DNA from: a virus
Lineage: Duplodnaviria; Caudoviricetes
IMG/VR virus record: IMGVR_UViG_3300037755_000349
Span: 1-64,000 of that record
DNA: 64,000 nt
Strand: one strand, 5' to 3'
Shown: piece after piece, positions 23,933-34,258 of the stretch
How the letters are laid out: the number at the start of each line of letters is the position of its first letter
Numbering within the stretch: position 1 is the first letter of the stretch
Notes under the pieces: generated by a model
What the model was told of the DNA's origin: nothing
What the model saw: the letters and a program-made list of their open reading frames with translations, nothing else
Database searches by the model: none
Position numbers and translations under genes: made by a program

Positions 23933-25465
23933 ATGTTCATCAAGCAAAGATTTGCGGCCCTGCTCCTCGGCATTGGCGCTGCGCTCGGTGCAGCGGTCTT
24001 TGCTCAAGATCCACCGCTACGCAACTTCAGTACGCCGGCGACGGGTAACGTCACGGGAGTGGCCAGCTCGGTGGACAGCGAGATCGCGCTGTTCAACGGC
24101 ACCGGCGGCAAGACCATCAAGCGCGCTACCGGCACGGGCCTGGCGCTCGCGACCTCCGGGGTGTACTCGGTGCTCGCGCCGACCGATGACAACCTTACGG
24201 TGGGCAACGGCACGACCTGGCAACTCAAGGCGCTCGGGGATTGCGACGACAGCGGCGGCAATCACCTGAACTACGACACGGCCACCAATGTGTTCACTTG
24301 CGGCACATCGAGCAGCGGGGGCGGGGGCACGCCTGGGGGCGCGGACACCAATATCCAGTACAACGATGGTGGAGCGTTCGGTGGTGAAGATGATCTGTCG
24401 TGGAATGAGACGACGAACGCGCTGATCCTGGGCACCACCACCACGGCCGGGACGATTCAGGGTGTTGACCGCACAACTTCAGGCGCCGGGGTCGCGCTTA
24501 CTGTTAGGGCGGGAGCTGCCAATACCTCCGGTGCGGGTGGAACCTTGACGCTTCAAGGCGGTACTAGCGTGGGCACTGGGGGCGGCCAAGTTACTGTTAT
24601 CGGCGGCACCCCCGGTACAGCTTCTGGTGGGGGTAATGTTTTTCTGGATGGCGGCCCCGGCGGTTCCACGAGCGGGGATGGTGGCGATGCCACAGTACGT
24701 GGCGGTAGCCCTGCGACAAGCGGGGCCGGGGGACGTGCCCTGTTGACGGGCCGGGCCGGTGTTGGGACCAACCAAAACGGTGGGGCTGTTGTAATAACCG
24801 CAGGAAATTCCACCGGGTCCGGTACGGCTGGTGCAGCCACGATGACGGCCGGCGTGGGTGGCACTACCGGTTCGGGCGCAACGGCTTCCATTGTTGGTGG
24901 AGCTGGCGGCACTACATCCGGCGGGGGCGGTTCCGCGTCTATTTTTGGTGGCACTGGCACCGATGGCAATGGCGGTTTTGTAAGTGCAGTAGCTGGCAAT
25001 GGCCAGGGAACAAATCGTCGCGGCGGTAATGCATTCATGTCTGCTGGAGCGGGTATTGGCACCAATGACGGCGGAGATGTTTCATTGAATGGCGGTACGG
25101 CAGGTGCCTCGGGTAATGGTGGCCTCGCGACAGTGCAGGCCGGGGGCGCGACGACTGGGACTCCAGGTAGCGTCACGGTTCAGGGCGGCATCGCTGGCAC
25201 TTCCGGGCCGGGTGGCAGCATTAATGTCACAGCCCGCAATGGGGTAGGGACGAACCAGAATGGTGGGAACATTGTTCTTACCCTGGGTGCCGAAACTGGC
25301 GCCGGTACGCCGGGTACGCTTCAGGTCGTCAACGGCACGCTCACCGGCGCACAGACCGCGACCTTTACGGCAACGAACAAACCCGGTTCTGGCACGACAG
25401 CACCGAGCTTGTGGCTTCGTGTGGTGGTTGGAGCCACCACGTATTACATCCCCATGTGGCAATAG
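23933..25465 (+). CDS. Gly/Thr-rich fibre- or adhesin-like protein with Sec-type signal peptide
   Basis: MFIKQRFAALLLGIGAALGAAVFA-Q; many GG.V.I.(A/G)G repeats. Confidence 0.65.
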   Translation: MFIKQRFAALLLGIGAALGAAVFAQDPPLRNFSTPATGNVTGVASSVDSEIALFNGTGGKTIKRATGTGLALATSGVYSVLAPTDDNLTVGNGTTWQLKALGDCDDSGGNHLNYDTATNVFTCGTSSSGGGGTPGGADTNIQYNDGGAFGGEDDLSWNETTNALILGTTTTAGTIQGVDRTTSGAGVALTVRAGAANTSGAGGTLTLQGGTSVGTGGGQVTVIGGTPGTASGGGNVFLDGGPGGSTSGDGGDATVRGGSPATSGAGGRALLTGRAGVGTNQNGGAVVITAGNSTGSGTAGAATMTAGVGGTTGSGATASIVGGAGGTTSGGGGSASIFGGTGTDGNGGFVSAVAGNGQGTNRRGGNAFMSAGAGIGTNDGGDVSLNGGTAGASGNGGLATVQAGGATTGTPGSVTVQGGIAGTSGPGGSINVTARNGVGTNQNGGNIVLTLGAETGAGTPGTLQVVNGTLTGAQTATFTATNKPGSGTTAPSLWLRVVVGATTYYIPMWQ

Positions 25466-25475
25466 AGGAATTTTC

Positions 25476-25799
25476 ATGCGAACAGTAACGGTCTCTTGGA
25501 TTGCACCTACGCAGCGCACCGACAACAGCGCGCTCTCCACTGCGCAGATCAGTCGCTTTGCGATTTATGCTTCGTTGAATGCCGGGGCATATGATTTCAT
25601 CGGCCAGGTCACGGAAGGCTCGGCCACGTCCTTTACGACAGAGCCCCTGCCCGAGGGCGTCTACAACTTCAAGGTGACAGCAGTGGATACCAACGATCAG
25701 GAAAGCGTTCTTTCCGGCGGCAGCAATGCAGTAACGGTGCCGGCCGATCTGCCTGCGCCGCCGAAAGCTCCTAGCAACGTCGGCGCGGTATTGAACTAG
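25476..25799 (+). CDS. Fibronectin type III domain protein
   Basis: VTVSWIAP..Y..L..GVYNFKVTAVD..ES..S. Confidence 0.75.
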   Translation: MRTVTVSWIAPTQRTDNSALSTAQISRFAIYASLNAGAYDFIGQVTEGSATSFTTEPLPEGVYNFKVTAVDTNDQESVLSGGSNAVTVPADLPAPPKAPSNVGAVLN

Positions 25800-25808
25800 G
25801 GGCGCGTC

Positions 25809-26513
25809 GTGAGCATCGCCGGCACGTACTCGTTCGATCCTGACCTCGCCGAATACTTCGACGAGGCTTACGAGCGTGCCGGCGTTGATCCGGTGGCGAT
25901 CGGCCAGGACTTCATCACCAGCGCGTTGCGCTCGATCAAGTTCCTGTTCTCGGAGTGGCAGACGCTCGGCATCCGCCAGTTTCAGATCACACAGACGACG
26001 CAGGCCACCACCGCCGGCATGGCCAGCTTCACCCTGCCCACCGGGGCGAGTGACATCGTGAACATGGTGCTGCGCCGCTCAGGACGCGACACGCCGATGA
26101 ACCGGATCTCGCGCATGGAGTTCATCGAGATCGCGAACAAGACGGAGAACGGTCGGCCGGATCGCTTCTTCGTTGATCGCCAGTACAACCAGGTTGTAGT
26201 CAACCTGTGGCGCCGCGGCGAGAACACCACCGACATCATCCTGTACGACTACTACCGGCGCATCTCCGATCCGGGCCGCATGGCCAATACTCTGCAACTG
26301 CCGGTGCACATGCTCGATGCGTTCGCCTCGGGTCTTGCGATGCGCCTGGCGCAGAAGTTCAAGCCAGAGCGCTACGCGACCCTCGCCATTGAATACGGCG
26401 GCACGGCCTACCCGAGTAAGATCGGCGGGCGGCTTGAGCACGCACGCTGTGAAGACCGGGAAAGAAGCGACACGGTAATCACGGTCTCCTACGATCGTCG
26501 CTTTGGACGCTAA
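25809..26513 (+). CDS. Head-tail adaptor / tail tubular A-like protein
   Basis: GTYSFDPDLAEYFDEAYERAG..GRPDRFFVDRQ..LP..DAFASGLAMRLA. Confidence 0.6.
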   Translation: MSIAGTYSFDPDLAEYFDEAYERAGVDPVAIGQDFITSALRSIKFLFSEWQTLGIRQFQITQTTQATTAGMASFTLPTGASDIVNMVLRRSGRDTPMNRISRMEFIEIANKTENGRPDRFFVDRQYNQVVVNLWRRGENTTDIILYDYYRRISDPGRMANTLQLPVHMLDAFASGLAMRLAQKFKPERYATLAIEYGGTAYPSKIGGRLEHARCEDRERSDTVITVSYDRRFGR

Positions 26514-26515
26514 TC

Positions 26516-27004
26516 ATGCAGAACGCAAAAACCCCCTTCGCGCTGGACGACAACGGGAAGATCTTCGACTACGCAACCAGCAAGCAGCTCGATCCGGATG
26601 GTATCTACGCCACCGCGGCCGGCGTGTGCTACGACATGGCTGTGCTGAAGCAGCAGATCCAGCGTGGTCTCGATATCGATGAGGCTATCGTGGGTCGTGT
26701 GCCCGCAACCGGCGAGGCGCACTGGGTGTTCGAAGGCGATCCGATCAACGAGGTGAGCGCACGCAATGCCGGCGATGCCGAAGCGAGGTCACTTCGGGAA
26801 GAGAACGAGGCGCTGAAGCGCGAAAACCATGAGTTGCGTGATCAGCTTTCCAGAAGCGACGTTGCGCCGAAGCCGGAGGATGAAGAGAACACCCTCGACG
26901 CGGTCCGAAGAATGGCGAGCGCCGGTGATCCTCTGATCGACATCGAGGCCAAGGAACGAGCGCTGGCCGCTGCTGATACGGGAGGCGACGGCGACAAGTC
27001 GTGA
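26516..27004 (+). CDS. Hypothetical protein with coiled coil
   Basis: ORF in the structural operon. Confidence 0.55.
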   Translation: MQNAKTPFALDDNGKIFDYATSKQLDPDGIYATAAGVCYDMAVLKQQIQRGLDIDEAIVGRVPATGEAHWVFEGDPINEVSARNAGDAEARSLREENEALKRENHELRDQLSRSDVAPKPEDEENTLDAVRRMASAGDPLIDIEAKERALAAADTGGDGDKS

Positions 27005-27007
27005 GCC

Positions 27008-28252
27008 ATGTCCTCCGGACACTATGCGCAAGGAAAAAAGGCTTGGGGTATCTGTGGACGCTGCGGCCAGCGAGCATTGCTCAACGACCTGGTGTTCGAT
27101 GGGTATTACCCAAGCCTGCGCGTTCATGAGCGGTGCTATGACTCTCGCCATCCACAGGACCGCCTCGCCCCGGTAAATGATCGTGTGGCCCTTTGGCGCC
27201 CATCGCCAGAGGACTATCCGATCGAGCCGCCAGTGCTCGAACTGGAACTCGGCTCGGTGATCCTCACCTGGTCGCGTGCTGTTTCGTACCATGTGCGCAT
27301 TGAGACTTACACCGTTTATCGCGCAGTGGGCGACGCGGAGGCGGTGCAGATCGCGCAGTACACCAACCAATACACCTACGATGCGGAGCTGGTGAGCGAC
27401 ACGCTCACGCACACCGATGAGCAGACGCAGCCAGGCAGCACCTATCACTACTACGTGGTGGCCGCCGCCTCCGATCAGCGGTTCAGCGCGAACTCGAACA
27501 TTGTCACGGTATCGATCACGGCGCCGGGGCCGCCGGTGCTGAGCGGCGAGTTGATCAGCGGTGACGCGTCGCTGTCGTGGACGGCGAGCGCACAAGGATC
27601 TTACGATCTTGATTTCTACACATTGCAGCGCGCAGTGACCGCTGAATCAGTGCCGGCAGTGGAGGGGGACTTCGCGAATCTGGCGACGGTTCAGGCGAGC
27701 GATCCACTGCAATATAGCGACGAAGATGTAGTTGGAGGCAATCGTTATTCGTACCGCGTGAAAGTCACGGATGTTGACGGCAATGACTCCGAGCCGACGT
27801 GGTCGAATGTGGTGGCGCTTGATGTCGAGGCATCTCTGACAAATTTGGTGGCGCAGGATGGATGCGCCGCCTCAGCGCGTGGGTACGTTAGCGGCGATCC
27901 TGGTCCATCTGAGGGGATTTCGCCGTACTACCCGTACTGCACGCAAGCCAGGGGAACGTGGACCGGCGATCTATCGGCGCTCAGCGGCGGCGCTTTTCTG
28001 TATGTGATTCAGTGGATGACTTTCGCCGGTGGCCGCTTCAGCATCTTGATGACAGATGGCGGATTAGCACCACCGCAAAACTTTTTTTCGAGCGTCACTT
28101 TCACGGATCGCACGGGTACGCCACGCACGTTCCTATCCTCAGCGGCGACTTCGGACGAGTACTTCAGTAACGGCCAGCGTCATTGGGAGTGGAGTCACGC
28201 GACGCAGCTCTTCGATGACAATGGTGAATACAACATCACTTTCAACCCATGA
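27008..28252 (+). CDS. Conserved Cys-motif head-completion domain fused to two Fn3-like domains
   Basis: YAQGKKAWGICGRCG..C.D.RHPQ N-terminus; TYHYYVVAA and YSYRVKVTD Fn3 strands. Confidence 0.6.
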   Translation: MSSGHYAQGKKAWGICGRCGQRALLNDLVFDGYYPSLRVHERCYDSRHPQDRLAPVNDRVALWRPSPEDYPIEPPVLELELGSVILTWSRAVSYHVRIETYTVYRAVGDAEAVQIAQYTNQYTYDAELVSDTLTHTDEQTQPGSTYHYYVVAAASDQRFSANSNIVTVSITAPGPPVLSGELISGDASLSWTASAQGSYDLDFYTLQRAVTAESVPAVEGDFANLATVQASDPLQYSDEDVVGGNRYSYRVKVTDVDGNDSEPTWSNVVALDVEASLTNLVAQDGCAASARGYVSGDPGPSEGISPYYPYCTQARGTWTGDLSALSGGAFLYVIQWMTFAGGRFSILMTDGGLAPPQNFFSSVTFTDRTGTPRTFLSSAATSDEYFSNGQRHWEWSHATQLFDDNGEYNITFNP

Positions 28253-28695
28253 TGATCTATCGCATCACGCATCGTCACGCACCGGAGAAAGTGCTTTTTC
28301 AGCGTGAAGCAGAGTCGCTGAAGGAATGCGTTGAAATGGCGATTCGCTTGATGACAGATCTTTCTTTTGCCGATCTGAAAGCCGCGAACCTGCGCGGAGC
28401 GAAGCTCGGCGGTGGCTTGTTTTTTCAGGCGGATATGCGCGCGGCGGACTGTTCTGGCGCTGATATGAGCGGTGGTAACTTCGGCGGAGCTTACATGGCC
28501 GGCATGAATGGAACGCTGTGTGACGCGCGGGGAGCCATCATGCAATTCGCCAACTGTCGCGGTGCGGATTTTCGCGGGATAGATCTGAGCGAAGCGGACT
28601 GTCGCTGCGCGATTTTCCGTGGTGCTGATCTTCGTGACGCCAAGCTAGAGAGATATCTTTCAGTAGGTGCTGATTTTTCAGGAGCGGTGCTATGA
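28249..28695 (+). CDS. Pentapeptide-repeat protein
   Basis: ADLKA ANLRG ADMRA ADCSG ADMSG ADFRG ADLRD repeats. Confidence 0.85.
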   Translation: MMIYRITHRHAPEKVLFQREAESLKECVEMAIRLMTDLSFADLKAANLRGAKLGGGLFFQADMRAADCSGADMSGGNFGGAYMAGMNGTLCDARGAIMQFANCRGADFRGIDLSEADCRCAIFRGADLRDAKLERYLSVGADFSGAVL

Positions 28696-29348
28696 GCGGC
28701 AGCTACACCTACGATCGGCTCGTCGAGCTGATGCAGACCTACCCGGAAACTTCATCGGCCGAATACATAGCCGACATTCCAGATCTGATCGGCAACGGTG
28801 AGGTGCGGCTGATCCGCGACCTGAATGTGGAGTTCTTCGACTTCACTGATTCGGCGCTGCTCGTAGTGAACGGTGACAATACGGTCACGAAGCCAGAAGA
28901 CATCATCGTGCATCGCACGTTCCAGATTCAGAACGCGACCGGGCAATGGGATCCGCTGGAATATCGATCAAACGACTACGTGCGACTGCATGGCGCCGAT
29001 GAAATCGCGACCGGGCAACCGCGCTACATCGCCGATCATGACGAGTTCGAGTGGATCGTGAGTCCGTATGCAAATGATGACTACACGATCCGCTGCCGCT
29101 TTGTGCGCCGGCCGGATGGATTATCCGCGTCCAATCAGACGACTTGGATCAGCACCTACGCCGGCGATGCATTGCTCGCGGCCAGTTTGATGGAAGCCGA
29201 GCACTGGTTGAAGGCGGACGATCGTTACGAGGACATGAAGAAGAAGTACTACGAAGAGTTGCTGCCGACGATTCGGCTGGAGCTGCGGCGCGCGATCCGT
29301 AGCGGCGATTACAGCCCATTCAAACCGGCAGCGCAGGCAACCGAGTAA
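28692..29348 (+). CDS. Head-tail connector/adaptor protein
   Basis: YDRLVELMQTYPE..IPDLIGNGEVRLIRDL..TTWISTYAGDALLAASLMEA. Confidence 0.6.
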   Translation: MSGSYTYDRLVELMQTYPETSSAEYIADIPDLIGNGEVRLIRDLNVEFFDFTDSALLVVNGDNTVTKPEDIIVHRTFQIQNATGQWDPLEYRSNDYVRLHGADEIATGQPRYIADHDEFEWIVSPYANDDYTIRCRFVRRPDGLSASNQTTWISTYAGDALLAASLMEAEHWLKADDRYEDMKKKYYEELLPTIRLELRRAIRSGDYSPFKPAAQATE

Positions 29349-29405
29349 ACTAGATCCGAAGCGACAGCCCGCTGTGCGCGCTGCTTAAACCAGTGAGGCA
29401 CTGTT

Positions 29406-30221
29406 ATGGCGGACACGTTTTCTCCCTACCTACGGGTCCGGTTGCCCGAGGTCGGACAATATTCGAACTCGTGGGGCACAGTCCTCAATTCTGATGCCAT
29501 CACATTGCTCGATCACGGGATCACCGGTGCCGTGCAGATCGCGCTTGGGGTGTCCACCACGCACTCCCTCGCTGCTTTGTCGGACGGATCAGCCGCAGAT
29601 TCGCGCTACTTCTGTCTCGTCTTCACCGGCACGCCTGGGAGCACCGTCACTGTTACGGTGCCCGGCACCGTACTGAAGAAACAGTACTTGATCGACAACG
29701 ATAGCGGCCAAGATATGTTGATCAAGTACACGGCGAGCACTGGCGTGACCGTGCCTGATGGCGTGAAACAATTGATCTGGTGCGACGGATCTGAGGTCTA
29801 CAAGATCACGGCCGATGCAGTGAACGCCACGCAGCTTGGCGGCGTCGCTGCTGCGAACTACGCCAGGCTCGACCAGGCGCAGAACTTCCTCGCCGGCCAG
29901 GGCATAGACTTCGAGGCGCTGACGGATGGCGCCACCATCCCGGTAGATGCCTCGCAGTCGAACTATTTTCGAGTGGTACTCGGTGGCGATCGCACGCTTG
30001 CGAATCCCTCGAACCCGCGTGACGGACAGACGATCGAAGTGCATGTGCGCCAGGACGGCACCGGCGGACGCACGCTCGCGTATGGATCTCAATGGCGCTG
30101 GCCAGATGATATCGCGCCGACGCTCTCGACCGGTCCGAACCGCCTCGATGTAATCGTCGCAACCTATCGCTCGGATCTGACGCGGTGGATGGCCTCGATC
30201 GTGCAGAACTTCAACCCGTGA
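29406..30221 (+). CDS. Proximal tail fibre/baseplate-like protein
   Basis: GQYSNSWGTVLN N-terminus; GGDRTLANPSN..QDGTGGRTL..W.W fibre domain. Confidence 0.6.
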   Translation: MADTFSPYLRVRLPEVGQYSNSWGTVLNSDAITLLDHGITGAVQIALGVSTTHSLAALSDGSAADSRYFCLVFTGTPGSTVTVTVPGTVLKKQYLIDNDSGQDMLIKYTASTGVTVPDGVKQLIWCDGSEVYKITADAVNATQLGGVAAANYARLDQAQNFLAGQGIDFEALTDGATIPVDASQSNYFRVVLGGDRTLANPSNPRDGQTIEVHVRQDGTGGRTLAYGSQWRWPDDIAPTLSTGPNRLDVIVATYRSDLTRWMASIVQNFNP

Positions 30222-30226
30222 GGTGA

Positions 30227-31057
30227 ATGATGTTCAGCCGGCACCGAGGGCACACGTTTGTTGCGCCTCCCACTGACAACGAGGTGACGATCTACATCTC
30301 TGAGAACACTTTTGACTTCAATCTGCTGGCACGCATCGGCGCGGCGTTCACGCAGATCACCACAGTCACCATCCGCATCGACACCGGCGTCATCGTCCAG
30401 GCGCTCTCGCCAGGCACCCCCGCGCTCGACACCGCGAATGTCATGTTCGCCGGCTCTGTGCTGCGGATCATCAATAACGGCTACATCATCGGCGCGGGCG
30501 GCGCTGGTGGTGGTGGTTCGGCGTGCTTCGAGGAAACCGCCGGGGCGGACACCAACGAATTCCACGGTGCGCAGGATGGTCGTGATGGGGGCAACGCGCT
30601 ACGCGGCCCTGGCGCCGGCATCACCTGCCAAGTGACGAATGGCGCCGGCCGGATCTGGTCGGGTGGCGGTGGCGGTGGCGGTGGCGGCTCCAGCGCGACG
30701 AACGGCGGTGGCGCGGGCGGTGGCGGTGGCGGTGGCGCGGGCGGCGGCGCCAGCAGCGACGCAGGGGCGGTCGGGACGATCGTCGCCGGGCAGGGCGCGG
30801 GAGGCTCTACAGGCGTCGATGGCGTAGGCGGGGCTGGAGGGGCGGGCACGTCCTCTGGATCTGCCAGCGGCCAGGCCGGCGGTGCCGGTGGCGATTACGG
30901 CGAGGCCGGTACGGACGGTACTGCGGCTGTGGGCGGCGTGTTGAACGTCCCCCGCGGGCTCGGAGGCACTGCGGGCCTGGCGGTCGATCAGAACGGCGGG
31001 ACAGTCACATTCCTCAACGGTGGCGGCGCTCCGAATGTCTTGGGAGCCATAGCGTGA
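30227..31057 (+). CDS. Gly-rich tail tip/fibre protein
   Basis: INNGYIIGAGGAGG..GGGGGGG repeats. Confidence 0.6.
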   Translation: MMFSRHRGHTFVAPPTDNEVTIYISENTFDFNLLARIGAAFTQITTVTIRIDTGVIVQALSPGTPALDTANVMFAGSVLRIINNGYIIGAGGAGGGGSACFEETAGADTNEFHGAQDGRDGGNALRGPGAGITCQVTNGAGRIWSGGGGGGGGGSSATNGGGAGGGGGGGAGGGASSDAGAVGTIVAGQGAGGSTGVDGVGGAGGAGTSSGSASGQAGGAGGDYGEAGTDGTAAVGGVLNVPRGLGGTAGLAVDQNGGTVTFLNGGGAPNVLGAIA

Positions 31058-31076
31058 AAAAAGGAGGGCTCTATTC

Positions 31077-32942
31077 ATGAGCGGACCACGCGCGGCCGAG
31101 GAGCGAGATCTGTTCTTCGAGCCCGGCTTCTTCACGAACTCCACGCGGCGCATGGCCAAGAACCGGTGGGTGGATGGCGATCGCATCCGCTTTCACATGG
31201 GCATGCCCGAGAAGATACTCGGATGGGAGTACATCCCGCTGCAACAGGGCTCGGTCCAGAACGCCACGTACATCGGGCTCGCACGCGCGCTGCACGACTG
31301 GTCCTCGCTCGATGACCAGAAATGGATCGCGATCGGCACGCACAAGAAGCTGTACCTGGCGAACTCGGGCCGACTCTATGACATCACACCGCTGCGCAAG
31401 ACCTCCAACGTCTCCGGCGCCATCACCACCACCAACGCCTCGGCGGTGGTGACGCTCACCGATGTGGATCATCGAGCGGAGGTCGGGGACTATGTGACGA
31501 TCATCGGCGCCAGCGCGGTGGGCGGCATCACGCTGTCGGGTAGCTACGAGATCCTGACCGTAGGCGCCAATGGCAACACATTCACCGTGACGCACAGTGC
31601 GCCGGCCAGCTCGGGCGCAAGCGGCGGCGGCACTTTCTCGATCGAGTACGACATCTCAGCGGGCCTAGCCTCGAATGGCGAACTGCTTGGCTACGGCACC
31701 GGTGATTATGGCGAGGGCACCTACGGCACGCCGCGTACTGCCGGCCTTGGCATCCAGGCCCGCCTGCGCTCTTGGTCGCTCGATAACTGGGGCGAGGACC
31801 TGATCGCCAGCTACAACGACGGGGAGATCTTTCACTGGGATCGCACTAGCGGACCGAACTCGCGCGCCAGGTTGATCCAGAACGCGCCCAAGGAAGTGCA
31901 GCGCATCCTCGTCAATCCCGAGAACCGCCACCTCATCGCCTTCGGCGCGCAGTTCCAGAACGGGGAGGCCGACCCGATGCGCGTGCGCTGGTGCTCGCAA
32001 GAGGATTTCGACATCTGGGTGCCGGACCCTGACGACACCACGAACACGGCCGGCAGCAAGCGCCTGGACTTCGGCTCGCGTCTGATCACCGCGATCAAGT
32101 CGCGCAAGCAGAACTACATCTGGTCGGACACGCAGATGTACGCGATGCAGTTCGTCGGACCGAATGAGGTCTTCGGCTTCGATCCGCTCGGGAGCTGCAA
32201 GATCGCTGGCCCGAACGCGGCGGTGGATGTCGACGGCCTGGTGTTCTTTATCGCGCACGACAATTTCTATCGCTACGACGGTGTGCTCACCACGCTGCCG
32301 TGCGAGGTGTGGAATACGGTCTTCAAGAACACCGCCACGCGCATCGATCGAACGCAGATGGAAAAAGTCTATTGCAGTGCGTATCAATCGCGCACGGAGG
32401 TGCGGTGGGACTATCCATCCGAGGCCGGCGCCGGGGAGTGCGATCGCTATGTGATCTACAACTACGGGGAGAACGTGTGGTACTTCGGCAGCGCCACACG
32501 CACCGCGTATCACGACATCTCCGAGGCTACCTCCAGCACGATGAAGCAACCCTATGGCGTGCACGGTGGCTACCTGTACCGGCACGAGCAGGGATTCGAC
32601 CAGGTGGAGGTTGCCGGTACTACCGCGCAGACCTGGTTCCTGCTCTCGGGCGACCTGTCCATCGGTGGATCCGACAAGATCATGCTGCTGAACAACCTGG
32701 TGCCCGACTTCGAGCGCCTCAACGGCAACATCTCGGTCTCGGTCTTCGCCAAGCAGAAGCCGCGCCAGGCCGCCTATACGCAGAAAGGACCGTACACGTT
32801 CGCGGACACCGCGGAGGATTACGACATTCGAGCGCGCGGACCGCAGCTCGCTTTGCGCTTGGGAGGGGCGGCGCTCGCGCAGGACATGCGCCTGGGGATA
32901 TTCCAAGCGCTTGTCACTCTGTACGGGTCCAGAGGCAAGTAG
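31077..32942 (+). CDS. Tail nozzle / tubular B-like (P22 gp10-type) protein
   Basis: 621-aa beta-rich protein; WVDGDRIRF..PEKILGW, WSLDNWGEDL, VRWCSQED. Confidence 0.7.
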   Translation: MSGPRAAEERDLFFEPGFFTNSTRRMAKNRWVDGDRIRFHMGMPEKILGWEYIPLQQGSVQNATYIGLARALHDWSSLDDQKWIAIGTHKKLYLANSGRLYDITPLRKTSNVSGAITTTNASAVVTLTDVDHRAEVGDYVTIIGASAVGGITLSGSYEILTVGANGNTFTVTHSAPASSGASGGGTFSIEYDISAGLASNGELLGYGTGDYGEGTYGTPRTAGLGIQARLRSWSLDNWGEDLIASYNDGEIFHWDRTSGPNSRARLIQNAPKEVQRILVNPENRHLIAFGAQFQNGEADPMRVRWCSQEDFDIWVPDPDDTTNTAGSKRLDFGSRLITAIKSRKQNYIWSDTQMYAMQFVGPNEVFGFDPLGSCKIAGPNAAVDVDGLVFFIAHDNFYRYDGVLTTLPCEVWNTVFKNTATRIDRTQMEKVYCSAYQSRTEVRWDYPSEAGAGECDRYVIYNYGENVWYFGSATRTAYHDISEATSSTMKQPYGVHGGYLYRHEQGFDQVEVAGTTAQTWFLLSGDLSIGGSDKIMLLNNLVPDFERLNGNISVSVFAKQKPRQAAYTQKGPYTFADTAEDYDIRARGPQLALRLGGAALAQDMRLGIFQALVTLYGSRGK

Positions 32943-34250
32943 GTGGCAATCCAGAAGCTCAAGCCATCAGATTTCCAGTTCGGGGACGAGTACGACCCGA
33001 GGCTGCTGCGCCGCTTGAACGACGAGCTGCGCTCCGTCTCGCGCGCCATCAACCAGGTGATCGACACGCTCGGGGAGGCGGAGAGCGGGGGCGGGGCCTT
33101 CCAACATGTTCTTGCGACGACGGCCGGGCTCGGTGATGCGCACGTCGTGACCGAGTTGCAGGTGGGCATGGTGCTTACTGCGATCGCCGACGACAATGCG
33201 GCCTTTCGCTTCCTGGGCCTCGATGATCTTGCTGATGTAACGGTGGACAGCGCGCAAGAGGGTGACGTGCTCATCCGCTCAGGTGCGCAATGGGTCGCAC
33301 AGACACTGCCCGGTCTGTCGGGCCTGGCCGATCCGGGCGCCGATTACATCGTCTACTGGAACGAGGACGCCGACGATCTGGACTATTTGCAGCTCGGCAC
33401 CGGCCTGGTCATTGCCGGCGGTTTATTGGTCCTGGATACCAGCGCCATCGATCATGGCTCGCTCTTTGGCCTGGGCGATGACGACCATCCGCAGTACCCA
33501 CTCTCCGCCTCCCCCGAGACCATTTCGGGAGACTGGACATTCACCGGCGAGCTATTGTTCGAACGCGCCACCATCTCCTTGCTATTCAGCGAGAGCGACG
33601 TGGGCGCCGATGATCGGTACTGGCTGCTCACCATCGACGACGGGGAGCTGAATCTCACTGCCTCGGATAGCGTGGGCACGTTGGGCGAATCGATCCTGCG
33701 CGTGGACCGCAATGGTCTATTCACCGATTCGATCGCGTTGGGAGATTACATCACGCTCAACAAGAACGGCGCGAGCGGCTTCAACCAGGTGGAGTACGGC
33801 GCCTACGAACTGGCCGCGCTGCATTCGTTCTATGGCGACGTGCAGATCCTCGATGATGGGACGCTCGCGATCGGCGAGGCCGGGGAGATATCGCTGCGCT
33901 TCGATGAGACCGATTCCTTCATCACCACCGCGGGCGATGTGTATTGGGAAAACACTCCAGCGGGAGACCTGGGGGCAACCCTGAATCTGGCGTTCGAGTA
34001 CCTGGCGCTACGCGCCGGCGTGACCGAGTTCATACTCGATGCCGTAGAATCCAATGAAAACGAGCGCGCGTGGGGCCAACGCGCGGAATTCGGCCTGCTG
34101 CAACTTGCTGCGCTCAATGATGACGGGTCTATCGGTGAGGCGTGGGCCTCTGTGACCTCCGACGCGGGGTCAGTCGATGAGATCGCCTTGAACGGTGCAT
34201 CGTTGACTTTCAATGGTGAGCGCGTCTTGACCGAATCAGATCTGCCATAG
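32943..34250 (+). CDS. Tail fibre-like acidic protein
   Basis: LDDLADVTV..EGDVL..W, DHGSLFGLGDDDHPQY fibre motifs. Confidence 0.55.
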   Translation: MAIQKLKPSDFQFGDEYDPRLLRRLNDELRSVSRAINQVIDTLGEAESGGGAFQHVLATTAGLGDAHVVTELQVGMVLTAIADDNAAFRFLGLDDLADVTVDSAQEGDVLIRSGAQWVAQTLPGLSGLADPGADYIVYWNEDADDLDYLQLGTGLVIAGGLLVLDTSAIDHGSLFGLGDDDHPQYPLSASPETISGDWTFTGELLFERATISLLFSESDVGADDRYWLLTIDDGELNLTASDSVGTLGESILRVDRNGLFTDSIALGDYITLNKNGASGFNQVEYGAYELAALHSFYGDVQILDDGTLAIGEAGEISLRFDETDSFITTAGDVYWENTPAGDLGATLNLAFEYLALRAGVTEFILDAVESNENERAWGQRAEFGLLQLAALNDDGSIGEAWASVTSDAGSVDEIALNGASLTFNGERVLTESDLP

Positions 34251-34258
34251 GTGAGTCA

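Noticed and set aside
30655-30745. GGCGGT/GGCGGC tandem runs as a contingency microsatellite
   Set aside because: In-frame poly-Gly coding in a Gly-rich tail protein; no frameshift potential evident
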